64,000 bases of DNA from an uncultured Patescibacteria group bacterium (GTDB taxonomy: Bacteria; Patescibacteriota; Microgenomatia; UBA10105; UBA927): NCBI GenBank assembly GCA_937921305.1, contig CAKZSU010000007.1, positions 45,330 to 109,329 on the forward strand. The letters are read 5' to 3'. The translations under genes were made by a program, and so were the position numbers. Below, piece by piece: positions 19,574-28,756 of this stretch. Every line of letters begins with the position of its first letter. The first letter of the stretch is position 1. Under the pieces are notes generated by a model. The model worked only from the letters and a program-made list of their open reading frames with translations, ran no database searches and was not told the origin of the DNA.

Positions 19574-20727
19574 ATCTTTTTCCCTCGAGCGAGTCGCTCG
19601 TGCGCTTGAGCCAGTGTTCCCTGTGCCAACGACGCAAGAAGAGAAAGTTCTCCAGCGAGGACAGCGCTACCGATAATCCCCGCGAGTTTCTTTGCGTTAT
19701 TGCCGTCTTTTCCACCTAAAACACCAAGCAAAGAAAGCGCTTCACTCTGAGTTGGCAAACTCGTTCCGCCTCCCACTGTTCCCACAAGAAGCGATGGCAA
19801 ATAGACACTTATGTATAGATCGCTTTCTTTGTGATTGTTCGTATCTACTTCTGTCGTAGTTATGCCATTACTTCCTTCGACCACATGCGCCGGATCTTGC
19901 CCGGTTGCGATAAACATCGCCGCAACGATATTCGCGTACTGCGCGTTATACCCCATAGACCCAACCAACGCGCTCCCGACCATGCATTTCGCAAGCCATG
20001 TCTCATAAATCGCTTGTGCGGAAACCTTCAGCGTAGACGAAAGAATCATTGATTGAATCGTCGCTTCAGCCCGAACCGCAAATCCCCGTTGAGAAATCGC
20101 GTTGATCCAAGCCGGCTTTTTGTCCACACAGACATTGCCAGACACCGCGACACACGATATACCAAGTTGTTCGTTGATATATGAGCACAACGCGTCAGTG
20201 GCAATTGTCACCATATTAAGACCCATCGCGTCTTGTGTGTCAAAAACAAATCGAACATAGCGATACTTTCCAACTCCTAGATATTCATATGACACAAGCG
20301 TTAAATGATGCGATGTTGACGAAGCAACTTCTTGCAACACAGAAAACCGCTCTGAAAGAAACCGCTCAAGCCGTTTCCCTTCTTCAAGAGAACGCACGCG
20401 AAACGCTGGTCCCCTTGTTGCTCCAACTCGCTCCACTTCAACAACCGCTCCCCCGCTTTCCGTAATTGCCTTACACCCGCGATTGACCGACGCAACAAGC
20501 ACTCCCTCTGTTGTTGCCAACGGCAGATAGTATGATTCTCCTTGTATCAGCAACGGACCGGCAACCCCAAGAGGAATTTGCGCAACACCAATCATATTTT
20601 CACAATGACGCGTTGACGCAATCTGCTCATCTACACTATACGATCCGATATGACGAAGCGAAATGCCTCTTGCTCCTTCTAACGCGTTTCTCCGATCTTT
20701 TACTGATTGATACTGACGAAGATTCAT
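19570..20727 (-). CDS. mvaA: HMG-CoA reductase (class I-like catalytic domain)
   Basis: ENMIGVAQIPLGVAGPL...LATTEGVLVASVNRGCKAI... Confidence 0.85.
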   Translation of the reverse strand: MNLRQYQSVKDRRNALEGARGISLRHIGSYSVDEQIASTRHCENMIGVAQIPLGVAGPLLIQGESYYLPLATTEGVLVASVNRGCKAITESGGAVVEVERVGATRGPAFRVRSLEEGKRLERFLSERFSVLQEVASSTSHHLTLVSYEYLGVGKYRYVRFVFDTQDAMGLNMVTIATDALCSYINEQLGISCVAVSGNVCVDKKPAWINAISQRGFAVRAEATIQSMILSSTLKVSAQAIYETWLAKCMVGSALVGSMGYNAQYANIVAAMFIATGQDPAHVVEGSNGITTTEVDTNNHKESDLYISVYLPSLLVGTVGGGTSLPTQSEALSLLGVLGGKDGNNAKKLAGIIGSAVLAGELSLLASLAQGTLAQAHERLARGKKI

Positions 20728-21359
20728 AAAAATGGCACGCGAAACACTCCGACGCGATACATCACAACACTGTATATTACCATAAACGGAATAATCACTA
20801 TGGACACGCCAACGCTTCTTATCAAATCAACCTGCAACCCAAATCGCAAAGTCAAATAGTATAGCTCAGCTTTCCAAAACAACAACACTGAACTTACGAC
20901 AAGATAGAGAAAACTAAATACAATACCCAATACTGTTTCTGTTCGTGGCGGCGGGATAAGAAGATAAGAAAGTGATGCAAAGAAAAACCATGCAACTGTT
21001 GGAATCAACGTGTACCCCCACGCGATCGCCAATCCTTTCATAAGGCGTCGTTTCCGAAGGAACACCGAACACACCCAAAGCAAAAGAACAACCACTGCAT
21101 ATCCAAGAAATGCTCCTGTTAATAGGATAATAAAGTGTTTTGTCAGTAAAAACGGACGAAACGATTCTGCTTTTATCAGGGAGGCCAACGCAAAATATGC
21201 TGAGCAAACACACCAGACAAACAACAATTCGCCTGTTTTTCCTCTTTCAACAATCGTCCTATAGGTCGAATAGGGAGCATACGCAATGCCAATAATATGC
21301 TTTGAAAATGACAAAAAACTAACAGAAATATAGGTAAGCGCGTTTGAAAGAAGATGCAT
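20724..21359 (-). CDS. Polytopic membrane protein (Yip1-like or DUF), hypothetical
   Basis: 211 aa with five or six hydrophobic helices. Confidence 0.4.
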   Translation of the reverse strand: MHLLSNALTYISVSFLSFSKHIIGIAYAPYSTYRTIVERGKTGELLFVWCVCSAYFALASLIKAESFRPFLLTKHFIILLTGAFLGYAVVVLLLWVCSVFLRKRRLMKGLAIAWGYTLIPTVAWFFFASLSYLLIPPPRTETVLGIVFSFLYLVVSSVLLFWKAELYYLTLRFGLQVDLIRSVGVSIVIIPFMVIYSVVMYRVGVFRVPFL

Positions 21360-21382
21360 GACACTATAGTCGAATCAATACG

Positions 21383-21613
21383 TTAAAACCCGCGTTGAAG
21401 AACGCTAACAAGCGTAGCTATGTCTGAACCAAACACAAGATATATTCCAAAAACAAACAAAATACTGACTATTGTTATCGCTGGCCACGGCATGACTTTT
21501 AATCGCTTTGTGATTTCTTTATAAAACGGCGTAAACGGCCCGACGCGTTGCGGCGGGAGCTCTGTCACTTCTTCCCAGTGCTTGACAAGCTTTTCATAGA
21601 GAACATCGCTCAT
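21383..21613 (-). CDS. Putative membrane-anchored anti-sigma factor
   Basis: Small protein immediately downstream of, and overlapping, the ECF sigma gene. It has a single C-terminal transmembrane helix (PWPAITIVSILFVFGIYLVF). Confidence 0.45.
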   Translation of the reverse strand: MSDVLYEKLVKHWEEVTELPPQRVGPFTPFYKEITKRLKVMPWPAITIVSILFVFGIYLVFGSDIATLVSVLQRGF

Positions 21614-22139
21614 AGGCTTGAATAAACGCTTTTCTTGCTCGAAACAACCGAGACTCAGCACTTTTGAAGCTTAGTCGAAGCATCTTCGCGATATCCTCCA
21701 CTGATCGTCCTTCAATATATTTATACACCAAAATTTCTTTATAACGCGGTAATATTTCGGAAAAAACGCGGGAAATTTTTTCTCGAACTAATGTTTCATC
21801 CAACGACTCTTCCGGACGCAAAAGCGGCGACATCAATTGTTCTAACTGCGGAAGTTGCGAAAACACAACATGTTTTATTTTCTTTTTTCTATAAAAATCA
21901 ATAATTTTATGCTGACAAATAGAAAATAAAAATGTTTTTACGCTTGACTTTCCATGAAAATCTCGAAGCGCTTCGATAAACGCGAAAAGCGCATCCTGAA
22001 GAATCTCTTCACAATCTGACTCTTTGTCCACTCGCTTTCGTATAAACGCAAGAAGTTTTTCTTTGTACCGATGATAAAATATATAAAGCGCTCGCTCGTC
22101 ACGACGAAGAATTCTCTCTACAAGTTGCGCGTCATCCAT
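21594..22139 (-). CDS. ECF-type RNA polymerase sigma factor (sigma-70 regions 2 and 4)
   Basis: LVERILRRDERALYIFYHRYKEKLLAFIRKRV (region 2) and ILVYKYIEGRSVEDIAKMLRLSFKSAESRLFRARKA (region 4). Its start is 29 bp from the divergent pilin gene. Confidence 0.8.
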   Translation of the reverse strand: MDDAQLVERILRRDERALYIFYHRYKEKLLAFIRKRVDKESDCEEILQDALFAFIEALRDFHGKSSVKTFLFSICQHKIIDFYRKKKIKHVVFSQLPQLEQLMSPLLRPEESLDETLVREKISRVFSEILPRYKEILVYKYIEGRSVEDIAKMLRLSFKSAESRLFRARKAFIQAYERCSL

Positions 22140-22168
22140 AGTATAATTGTATATTATAAAATAAAAGC

Positions 22169-22492
22169 ATGGAAAAAGTGTTTGCGCTTTCAACAACAAT
22201 CGGCGATCATATCACACCATTTTCTCCCGCACAAACATTTCCAAATATCGCAAGTCTTGTTGGTGTCATTACCTCAAACGCTTTTTTTATTGCAGGTGTT
22301 ATCGCGTTTATATTTATGATCGTAGGAGGATTTGGTATAATAATGTCTAGTGGCGATCCAAAAAAAATAGAACAAGGGAAAAATACGTTAACAATGGCAA
22401 TTATAGGATTCCTTGTCATTGTTTTCTCTTTTTGGATTGTTCAACTCATTGAATTATTGATAGGTGCAAATCCATTACAACTGTACCAATAA
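22169..22492 (+). CDS. T4SS pilin-like protein (CPR VirB2/TrbC-like family), paralog 1 of 4 in tandem
   Basis: AFIFMIVGGFGIIMSSGDPKKIEQGKNTLTMAIIGFLVIVFSFWIVQ. Confidence 0.65.
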   Translation: MEKVFALSTTIGDHITPFSPAQTFPNIASLVGVITSNAFFIAGVIAFIFMIVGGFGIIMSSGDPKKIEQGKNTLTMAIIGFLVIVFSFWIVQLIELLIGANPLQLYQ

Positions 22493-22501
22493 AAAGCTTA
22501 T

Positions 22502-22867
22502 ATGAAAGTATTCGCTGGAACAACTGATACTGATGTTGTAGGAAAGATTGAAAATAAAGTTTTAAACCCCTATGGGGATATCACAAATTCATCCGGCGGA
22601 CTTGGGCTTCTTATAACGAATTTTCTTCGCCTCTTCTTTGTTATTGCAGGAATTTTTGCATTTCTTAATTTTATTCTTGCAGGATTCCAATACATTACTG
22701 CGGAAGGAGATCCAAAAAAACTTCAACAGGCATGGAATAAAATCTGGCAATCACTCCTTGGTCTTGTTATTATGGTCATCTCATTCGCATTAGCTGCAGT
22801 GTTTGGACATCTTATATTTGGTGATCCATTATTCATGTTGCAACCAAAAATTTATACACCATTGTAA
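22502..22867 (+). CDS. T4SS pilin-like protein, paralog 2
   Basis: FLNFILAGFQYITAEGDPKKLQQAWNKIWQSLLGLVIMVISFALAAV. Confidence 0.65.
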   Translation: MKVFAGTTDTDVVGKIENKVLNPYGDITNSSGGLGLLITNFLRLFFVIAGIFAFLNFILAGFQYITAEGDPKKLQQAWNKIWQSLLGLVIMVISFALAAVFGHLIFGDPLFMLQPKIYTPL

Positions 22868-22888
22868 TTTATCTTATTATAAGATAAT

Positions 22889-23296
22889 ATGATCATAGAA
22901 AAAATTTATGCTGGACAAAAAAATTTAGGAGCGAGAATAGGAGGCGAAGGACTAGGTCCATTTGCTCAAGTAAGTAACGCGGTAGAAGGATTAAAAAATG
23001 TGACAAGCGCAATATCGTCGATCATTGGAGTTATGACTATTGCAGCGGGAATCTGGTTTATTTTTTACTTTATTATCGGTGGAATACAGTGGATAAATTC
23101 TGGAGGAGATAAAAACGCCTTAGAACAAGCTAGAAACAAAATTACAAATGCTTTTATCGGTCTTATTATTGTTGTTTCTGGTATAACCATACTATCATTA
23201 GTAAGCGTATTTCTTGGATTTGATTTTCTTATTACAAATCCAGAATCAGTTATCAATATATTATTTCCAAAGCAAAATATTCCAACAATAAGATAA
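22889..23296 (+). CDS. T4SS pilin-like protein, paralog 3
   Basis: IWFIFYFIIGGIQWINSGGDKNALEQARNKITNAFIGLIIVVSGI. Confidence 0.65.
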   Translation: MIIEKIYAGQKNLGARIGGEGLGPFAQVSNAVEGLKNVTSAISSIIGVMTIAAGIWFIFYFIIGGIQWINSGGDKNALEQARNKITNAFIGLIIVVSGITILSLVSVFLGFDFLITNPESVINILFPKQNIPTIR

Positions 23297-23334
23297 GATA
23301 CACCTAAAAATAGCAACATAGTAATAACTACACT

Positions 23335-23706
23335 ATGACAATCATGATACAAAAAAAAATTTTTGCTCAAATTCATGTTCCAGGTCTCCCGGACGCGTTA
23401 GGCGGAGGGAAAAATATTTCAACAAACTTTGGATTGACTTCAGCGGGGAACATCATTAGAGGACTTATTAATGCATCTCTTATTATCGCAACGCTTGGCG
23501 CTCTTATATATCTCGTCGTTGGAGGTCTTCAATGGATAACAGGCGGAGGCGATAAGACTCAACTTGAAAATGCAAGAAACAAAATAACAAGCGCGATTAT
23601 TGGTTTGATTATTGTAGCGTCCGCTTGGGCAACATGGATTCTTGTTGGAAACTTTCTTGGAATTAATGTCCAAGAACTCCCATTCCCAACAATTAGCGGG
23701 AATTAA
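23335..23706 (+). CDS. T4SS pilin-like protein, paralog 4
   Basis: LIYLVVGGLQWITGGGDKTQLENARNKITSAIIGLIIVASAWA. Confidence 0.65.
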   Translation: MTIMIQKKIFAQIHVPGLPDALGGGKNISTNFGLTSAGNIIRGLINASLIIATLGALIYLVVGGLQWITGGGDKTQLENARNKITSAIIGLIIVASAWATWILVGNFLGINVQELPFPTISGN

Positions 23707-23775
23707 GATTTTCAAAAGACTTGCTTTGCAAAACAATGCGTTTAGTATAAAATAGGACTTATTTACTCTACTGCC

Positions 23776-23843
23776 GCGGGGTGGTGTAGAGACGCACAGG
23801 AGGCTCATAATCTCCTAGACCGGGCGCGACTCCCGGCCCCGCA
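23776..23843 (+). tRNA. tRNA-Met-like (anticodon CAU) with non-canonical architecture: 68 nt, a single nucleotide at positions 8/9, a 3-bp D-stem and a 4-bp T-stem
   Basis: Acceptor GCGGGGU/GCCCCGC (7 bp), anticodon stem GGAGG/UCUCC, loop CUCAUAA, T-arm CGGG-CGCGACU-CCCG, discriminator A. The alternative 5' start at 23773 does not pair. Confidence 0.45.
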
Positions 23844-23853
23844 ACATAATTAT

Positions 23854-23926
23854 GCCAAGGTAGCTCAGTGGTAGTAGCACACGCTTCATAAGCGTGGGGT
23901 CGTGGGTTCGATCCCCACCCTTGGTA
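23854..23926 (+). tRNA. tRNA-Met(CAU), elongator-type or possibly tRNA-Ile2
   Basis: Acceptor GCCAAGG/CCUUGGU (G1-U72 wobble), anticodon stem CACGC/GCGUG, loop UUCAUAA, T-arm GUGGG-UUCGAUC-CCCAC. Confidence 0.8.
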
Positions 23927-23948
23927 CATTCTAAAAATTCTCCTAATT

Positions 23949-24338
23949 TTATCTTCCGAAGAATATCATAATCCATTGTGTTATTGGTGAAATATTTCTT
24001 TGATTACTCAGTTCTTCTCTCTCAACATCACCGATAGCGCTTGGTTGTTCATTATGAATATAGACAACATGTTCTCCAATTTTCATCAAGCCCAACTTAT
24101 TTCTTGCCTCTTGTTCAATAAAAACATCAGTTTGAGCATACGCGATATCATGTTTTAACGCGTCTCTTGTTGCTTCCACCTGTCGCAACCGCTGTTCTTC
24201 TTGATACACCTTGCTCTTTTTTTGAATAAGTTGATAAGAAGAGAAAATTGACTGAAAGAAAACAAAGCAACTGATAAAAAAAATCAAAACTCTTGTTATT
24301 CCCCTGAAAAGGGAGTAATCATTTTCATTTTTTGTCAT
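23949..24338 (-). CDS. Septum formation initiator family protein (FtsB/DivIC-like)
   Basis: N-terminal transmembrane helix, a coiled coil, and FIEQEARNKLGLMKIGEHVVYI. Confidence 0.6.
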   Translation of the reverse strand: MTKNENDYSLFRGITRVLIFFISCFVFFQSIFSSYQLIQKKSKVYQEEQRLRQVEATRDALKHDIAYAQTDVFIEQEARNKLGLMKIGEHVVYIHNEQPSAIGDVEREELSNQRNISPITQWIMIFFGR

Positions 24339-24416
24339 GTGATTTTTTCTTGTTTTGTACCTCTTTTTATGTTATTATAGGATTTTAAAATATACTTAAT
24401 ACATTATTCAAATACT

Positions 24417-25277
24417 ATGAATGACATCCGTGATTATCTTAAAACATTTCAAGATCATCTTATCGCGAAAAAGCGAGCAAAAGCAACCATCATCGCATAC
24501 ACAAAAGACATTGAACAATTTATTTTATTCCTCTCTCATGTAGAAAAAACAGATATTCATAGAATCACCAAAGATGAAATTGACGCATTTTTAAAAAAAC
24601 TCTCCCATGACAACTACACTCCAAAATCAATTTCAAGAAAAATCAATTCCATAAAAACATTCTTTCGCCATATTAAACTTCAGGGACATATTAGCGTTGA
24701 CCCGTCTCAAGGCATCACTCATCCAAAATACGATAGTAAACCTCCTAGAATTCTTTCAAAACTGGAATATCGCGCGCTTCGGGACACCTGCAGGCAAGAT
24801 ATTCGAACCTACGCAATTGTTGAGCTTCTTCTTCAAACGGGCATGCGCATAGGAGAAATCCCGCTATTAACCCTTGGGGACATTAGCGAAGATACATTGC
24901 ATATTTCAAGACATGAAGGACATGAAGAACGAACTGTTCCTTTAAATAAAAAAGCAAAAGACGCAATCAAACAATACTTAGAAATTAGATCGGGTTCAAG
25001 AGAAAAAACCGCCCCGCTTTTTATTACAAAATCAGGAAAACCACTCCTTGTTCGCAACATTCGAACCTCGATTGATCGATACTTTAAGCTCGCGGGAATC
25101 GAAGACGCAAAGGTAAACGACCTTCGCCACACCTTTATCGCGCATCATCTCATAGCTGGAACACCGCTCACCGCAATTTCAAAACTTGTTGGTCACAAAC
25201 GATTGACGACAACAGAAAAGTACCTCTCTTTTATAAAAGAGAAAAATCCAGAAGTAAGCAAACTAGAAGAGCTTTGA
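24417..25277 (+). CDS. Tyrosine site-specific recombinase (XerC/XerD family)
   Basis: C-terminal catalytic block LRHTFIAHHLIAGTPLTAISKLVGHKRLTTTEKYLSF (R..H...Y). 286 aa, flanked by tRNA genes. Confidence 0.75.
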   Translation: MNDIRDYLKTFQDHLIAKKRAKATIIAYTKDIEQFILFLSHVEKTDIHRITKDEIDAFLKKLSHDNYTPKSISRKINSIKTFFRHIKLQGHISVDPSQGITHPKYDSKPPRILSKLEYRALRDTCRQDIRTYAIVELLLQTGMRIGEIPLLTLGDISEDTLHISRHEGHEERTVPLNKKAKDAIKQYLEIRSGSREKTAPLFITKSGKPLLVRNIRTSIDRYFKLAGIEDAKVNDLRHTFIAHHLIAGTPLTAISKLVGHKRLTTTEKYLSFIKEKNPEVSKLEEL

Positions 25278-25327
25278 GCACTTCTTTACATTAATGCATT
25301 AATGCATCAATACATGAAACTTTTCCT

Positions 25328-25861
25328 TCAAAGATTTTTCTTTTTCAAAAACTCCTTCACAAATATCGCCTCTTCTTTGCACCATGGCGAGTATATGTCA
25401 GACCGTTCTTGTATATCTCGAAGAAAATCTTCCCACGCCATCCATCGAGATGATTCAATTTCATCAGGATTTGGCAACGGGTCATCATGACTCCATCCGA
25501 CGAATACCGGACAAATTTCATTTTCAACAATCCCATTAACATCCGCACAAGTATATCGATAGTCCGAAACAAATTCGATGGATTCCAACCTCATTCCCAG
25601 CTCCTGTTGTAACCGTCTAATCGCCGCGTCTTTTGGTTCTTCATTAAAGGCTGGATGCCCGCATACCGTGTTGCTCCATACGCCCGGAAATGTTTTTTTG
25701 GTCAACGCCCGCTGAGTTACAAGAAATTCGTTTTTATTATTAAATACAAACAGAGAAAATCCACGATGAAGAGGTGTCTCTTTTGTATGAACAGTCGCTT
25801 TTGGAGCTGTTCCCAAAACAAGATTGTGTTCATTTACTAATACAACATGTTCTTCCATCAT
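25328..25861 (-). CDS. idi: Isopentenyl-diphosphate delta-isomerase, type 1 (Nudix)
   Basis: FSLFVFNNKNEFLVTQRALTKKTFPGVWSNTVCGHP...EICPVF. Confidence 0.8.
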   Translation of the reverse strand: MMEEHVVLVNEHNLVLGTAPKATVHTKETPLHRGFSLFVFNNKNEFLVTQRALTKKTFPGVWSNTVCGHPAFNEEPKDAAIRRLQQELGMRLESIEFVSDYRYTCADVNGIVENEICPVFVGWSHDDPLPNPDEIESSRWMAWEDFLRDIQERSDIYSPWCKEEAIFVKEFLKKKNL

Positions 25862-25865
25862 GGAG

Positions 25866-25938
25866 TGCGTCCGGAAGGACTCGAACCTTCGACACGTTGT
25901 GTATAAGACAACTGCTCTACCAACTGAGCTACGGACGC
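25866..25938 (-). tRNA. tRNA-Ile(UAU)
   Basis: Canonical cloverleaf GCGUCCG-UA-GCUC-AGUUGGUA-GAGC-A-GUUGU-CUUAUAC-ACAAC-GUGUC-GAAGG-UUCGAGU-CCUUC-CGGACGC-A. The anticodon loop is C-U-UAU-A-C. Confidence 0.8.
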
Positions 25939-25974
25939 AAGGAATATGCGAATTATAGCAAATAGATGAAACAA

Positions 25975-28323
25975 TTATAACCGCGCTCGTTGTCCGATTT
26001 CAGCTTCAACCATTTCTCGCGATTTTCCGTATTTCAATCGAGACAATTGAATGATCGCGCGGGCAAGCTGTGGATTCTTTTTCGCGTTCACCTCGCGCAT
26101 ATCTTTTGTCAAATCCATGCTAAACGGTTTTACTGGTTCGTTATGCACGATTGTTTTGACATACGCGTTGAATTTATCGATGTTAATAAGATCAATTTCA
26201 TTGAATACCGGACTAAATTCATGCTGAAGATAATTTGCGTCTGTCACGCCAACGCGGAAAGAAATCAACGTCCCAACATTCCCAAATACCGCGTTTTTTA
26301 CTTCTTCATCCATCTGCCCGATAAATTGATTCGCGACGGTTAGATTCAGCCGATATTTTCGAGCCTCTGAAAGAATTTGCGCAAAATCAGGCGTCGCGAA
26401 GTTTTGAAACTCGTCAACATACAAATAAAAATCTCTTCGCTGATCCTCTGGAATGTCTTGCCGAGAGAGCGCGGATAATAAAATTCTTGGAACAAGAATC
26501 AGCCCCAAAAAGTTACTATTTTCCTCTCCAATTGTTCCCTTTGAAAGATTGCACAGAAGAATCTTTCCTTCATCCATCACAGTTCGAAAATTGAAGCTTG
26601 ACTGTGACTGGCCAATAATATTTCGCATCAACTTATTTGTCACGAAGCGACCAAATTTAGAAACAATATAGTCTAACACTTCAGACTTATGAAAATCAGA
26701 GGTTTGCGCAATTTGATCTGTCCAGTATCGACGGACAATCGGGTCTTGCACTTTTGGAAGCAATTCCTGCACAAACGAACTATCGGTTAATACTCTCACA
26801 ACCTCGATAAAGGTGTTTCCCGGCTCACTCATCACGGTAAGCATAGCGTTTCGAATCGCATGCTCAAACCGAGGCCCAATAATACCAGTTTTTTGAGGAT
26901 CATAGAGTTTATACATAAGCCCGACAATTGAGGTTACCACAAAATGCTTTTGCTCCTCTGTTGACGCCTCAAGCATGTTCAATCCCATTGGTCGCTCGAC
27001 ATCTGCTGGATCAAAATAAATCACATCTTCCGCTCGAGAAGGCGGAATTCGCTGCAAAATTCCCACAATAAGCTCGCCATGCGGATCAATAACACCAACT
27101 CCTTTTCCACTCTCTATGTCTTGAATAATCATTTCTTCAAGAAGCTGCGATTTACCCGTTCCTGTTTTTCCAATAATGTACACATGACGCCTTCGATCGT
27201 CGTCGCTAATATAGATTTTTCGTTCAACGCCGCGATATTTCGACTTGCCGAGATACAATCCCGACGTGGGAATTTGAGAAGGCGCTGGCGCGCGTTTGGC
27301 GTTTAACCAAAAAATATGCGCCGTTTCTATTGATTTATTTGGCAAGTGAAAAATTGTCGCAAGTTCATCGCTGTTTAAAATGCCACACTGCTTAAAAAAT
27401 GGAAGACTAATCATGGGAAAATATCGATAAATAAAATCCTTCATAAAAAACGCTTTCAATATTATTCTCGCTCTGCCAAAGTGATTATGATCTGAGGTAA
27501 ATTGATGAAATGATGCCTCAATATTATGAAGATGCCGCTCTGCTGAATGCTTATCGGTAGATGAAACCACAATCCGAACAACAACACGAAATCCTGGCTT
27601 GGCAATCTCTTGTTCCACTGATTCAAGCGTTTTTTGATCAACCGAAAAACTCGCTTTTTCAGGATTCGCTTCATTCTTTTTTGTGGACGATACAAATTTT
27701 CTCCCACGCTCTTGCCATTTTTGTCCAGCTGGTTGCACAAGAATTTGAATTGCCGCTCCTTCATTGTCTTGCATTTTCGCCAACACTGATGTCATGGACG
27801 ACAAAGGGTCAACAGGTAAATCCCGAAAGGTTCTAATCGGCATATAATCAGGCCCCATAGGAACAAGAGAAGCAAACGTAACTTTACCCTGTTCAGAGAA
27901 AATATTGTATTCTTCAACTTCTTTAATATCTGCCCCTGGGTATGCGCCATGAATTTGCTTCTCAATCAAATCTACAAGATGATGAGGACACGAAATATAA
28001 AATCGAATATCTTCTTTTTTCCCAACAATTTCAAACGAAATATGCTCCGCAGGCTTTAGAAAGGATAAAAATCCCCCATGATGGATGCTATGAAGACTTG
28101 CGAACAACTGTTCCGCTGCATCAATTTTAATCTCATTGTCTCGAGGCACCGCAATCTGAAGCAGCACATAATCTAATGAATCTTTTTCTCTATTGCGATA
28201 TTTCCATAATAAAAAAACGACAAACAAAATCGCGACAATACCACATAACGCCAACAGGATGAGTGTCATCGACACAAAAAAAACAATAATTCGATAATAC
28301 AGCTCTTCAAATGAAAGATTCAT
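25975..28323 (-). CDS. virD4: VirD4/TraG/TraD-like type IV secretion coupling ATPase (paralog 1), with an N-terminal transmembrane helix
   Basis: Walker A YIIGKTGTGKSQ and Walker B DFYLYVDEFQNF, then ILSEARKYRLNLTVANQFIGQMDEEVKNAVFGNVGTLISFRV. It is about 45% identical to the ORF at 52654..54840. Confidence 0.7.
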   Translation of the reverse strand: MNLSFEELYYRIIVFFVSMTLILLALCGIVAILFVVFLLWKYRNREKDSLDYVLLQIAVPRDNEIKIDAAEQLFASLHSIHHGGFLSFLKPAEHISFEIVGKKEDIRFYISCPHHLVDLIEKQIHGAYPGADIKEVEEYNIFSEQGKVTFASLVPMGPDYMPIRTFRDLPVDPLSSMTSVLAKMQDNEGAAIQILVQPAGQKWQERGRKFVSSTKKNEANPEKASFSVDQKTLESVEQEIAKPGFRVVVRIVVSSTDKHSAERHLHNIEASFHQFTSDHNHFGRARIILKAFFMKDFIYRYFPMISLPFFKQCGILNSDELATIFHLPNKSIETAHIFWLNAKRAPAPSQIPTSGLYLGKSKYRGVERKIYISDDDRRRHVYIIGKTGTGKSQLLEEMIIQDIESGKGVGVIDPHGELIVGILQRIPPSRAEDVIYFDPADVERPMGLNMLEASTEEQKHFVVTSIVGLMYKLYDPQKTGIIGPRFEHAIRNAMLTVMSEPGNTFIEVVRVLTDSSFVQELLPKVQDPIVRRYWTDQIAQTSDFHKSEVLDYIVSKFGRFVTNKLMRNIIGQSQSSFNFRTVMDEGKILLCNLSKGTIGEENSNFLGLILVPRILLSALSRQDIPEDQRRDFYLYVDEFQNFATPDFAQILSEARKYRLNLTVANQFIGQMDEEVKNAVFGNVGTLISFRVGVTDANYLQHEFSPVFNEIDLINIDKFNAYVKTIVHNEPVKPFSMDLTKDMREVNAKKNPQLARAIIQLSRLKYGKSREMVEAEIGQRARL

Positions 28324-28342
28324 ACATCAAAAAATATTAAAA

Positions 28343-28756
28343 TCATGCATGATCCGCATGTTTTCTCAAGACTTTTGCATGAACGATATGAATTTGACGG
28401 ACACACCACTCCGCAAGCCAACGAATAGAATCTGCAATGCTTTCATGAAGAGCTTTTGCAATCTGTTCATCTGTAAGCGGAAGATGAATAACTGATGATG
28501 ATTGAATGTTGACTGGCGCATGATGACCAACCGCCTGTACACCCGCCTGCGCTATTTGCGGAGGAACACTTGTCGCTTGAGGGATAACCTGAACACCTGC
28601 TGAAACAACTTCTTTCGGCAATTCTATTTCTTGACTTACTGGCTTTAATGGAAGCTCTGATGACTGAACCGATACCGGTTCTCCCTCTTTTCCGCCATTC
28701 ATGGAGGCGCACTGAGGATTATGCTGTGATTGGTTGATTTGCTGGGGATCTATCAT
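28343..28756 (-). CDS. Hypothetical protein (Gln/Pro/Val-rich), within the VirD4 operon
   Basis: 137-aa ORF between the 758-aa protein and virD4-like gene. No motif recognised. Confidence 0.35.
   Translation of the reverse strand: MIDPQQINQSQHNPQCASMNGGKEGEPVSVQSSELPLKPVSQEIELPKEVVSAGVQVIPQATSVPPQIAQAGVQAVGHHAPVNIQSSSVIHLPLTDEQIAKALHESIADSIRWLAEWCVRQIHIVHAKVLRKHADHA

Noticed and set aside
24417-25277. Tyrosine recombinase as integrase of an element bounded by the flanking tRNAs
   Set aside because: The interval between the tRNA-Met pair and tRNA-Ile holds only FtsB-like, the recombinase and idi. There is no cargo and there are no repeats, so a housekeeping Xer-type function is more likely.
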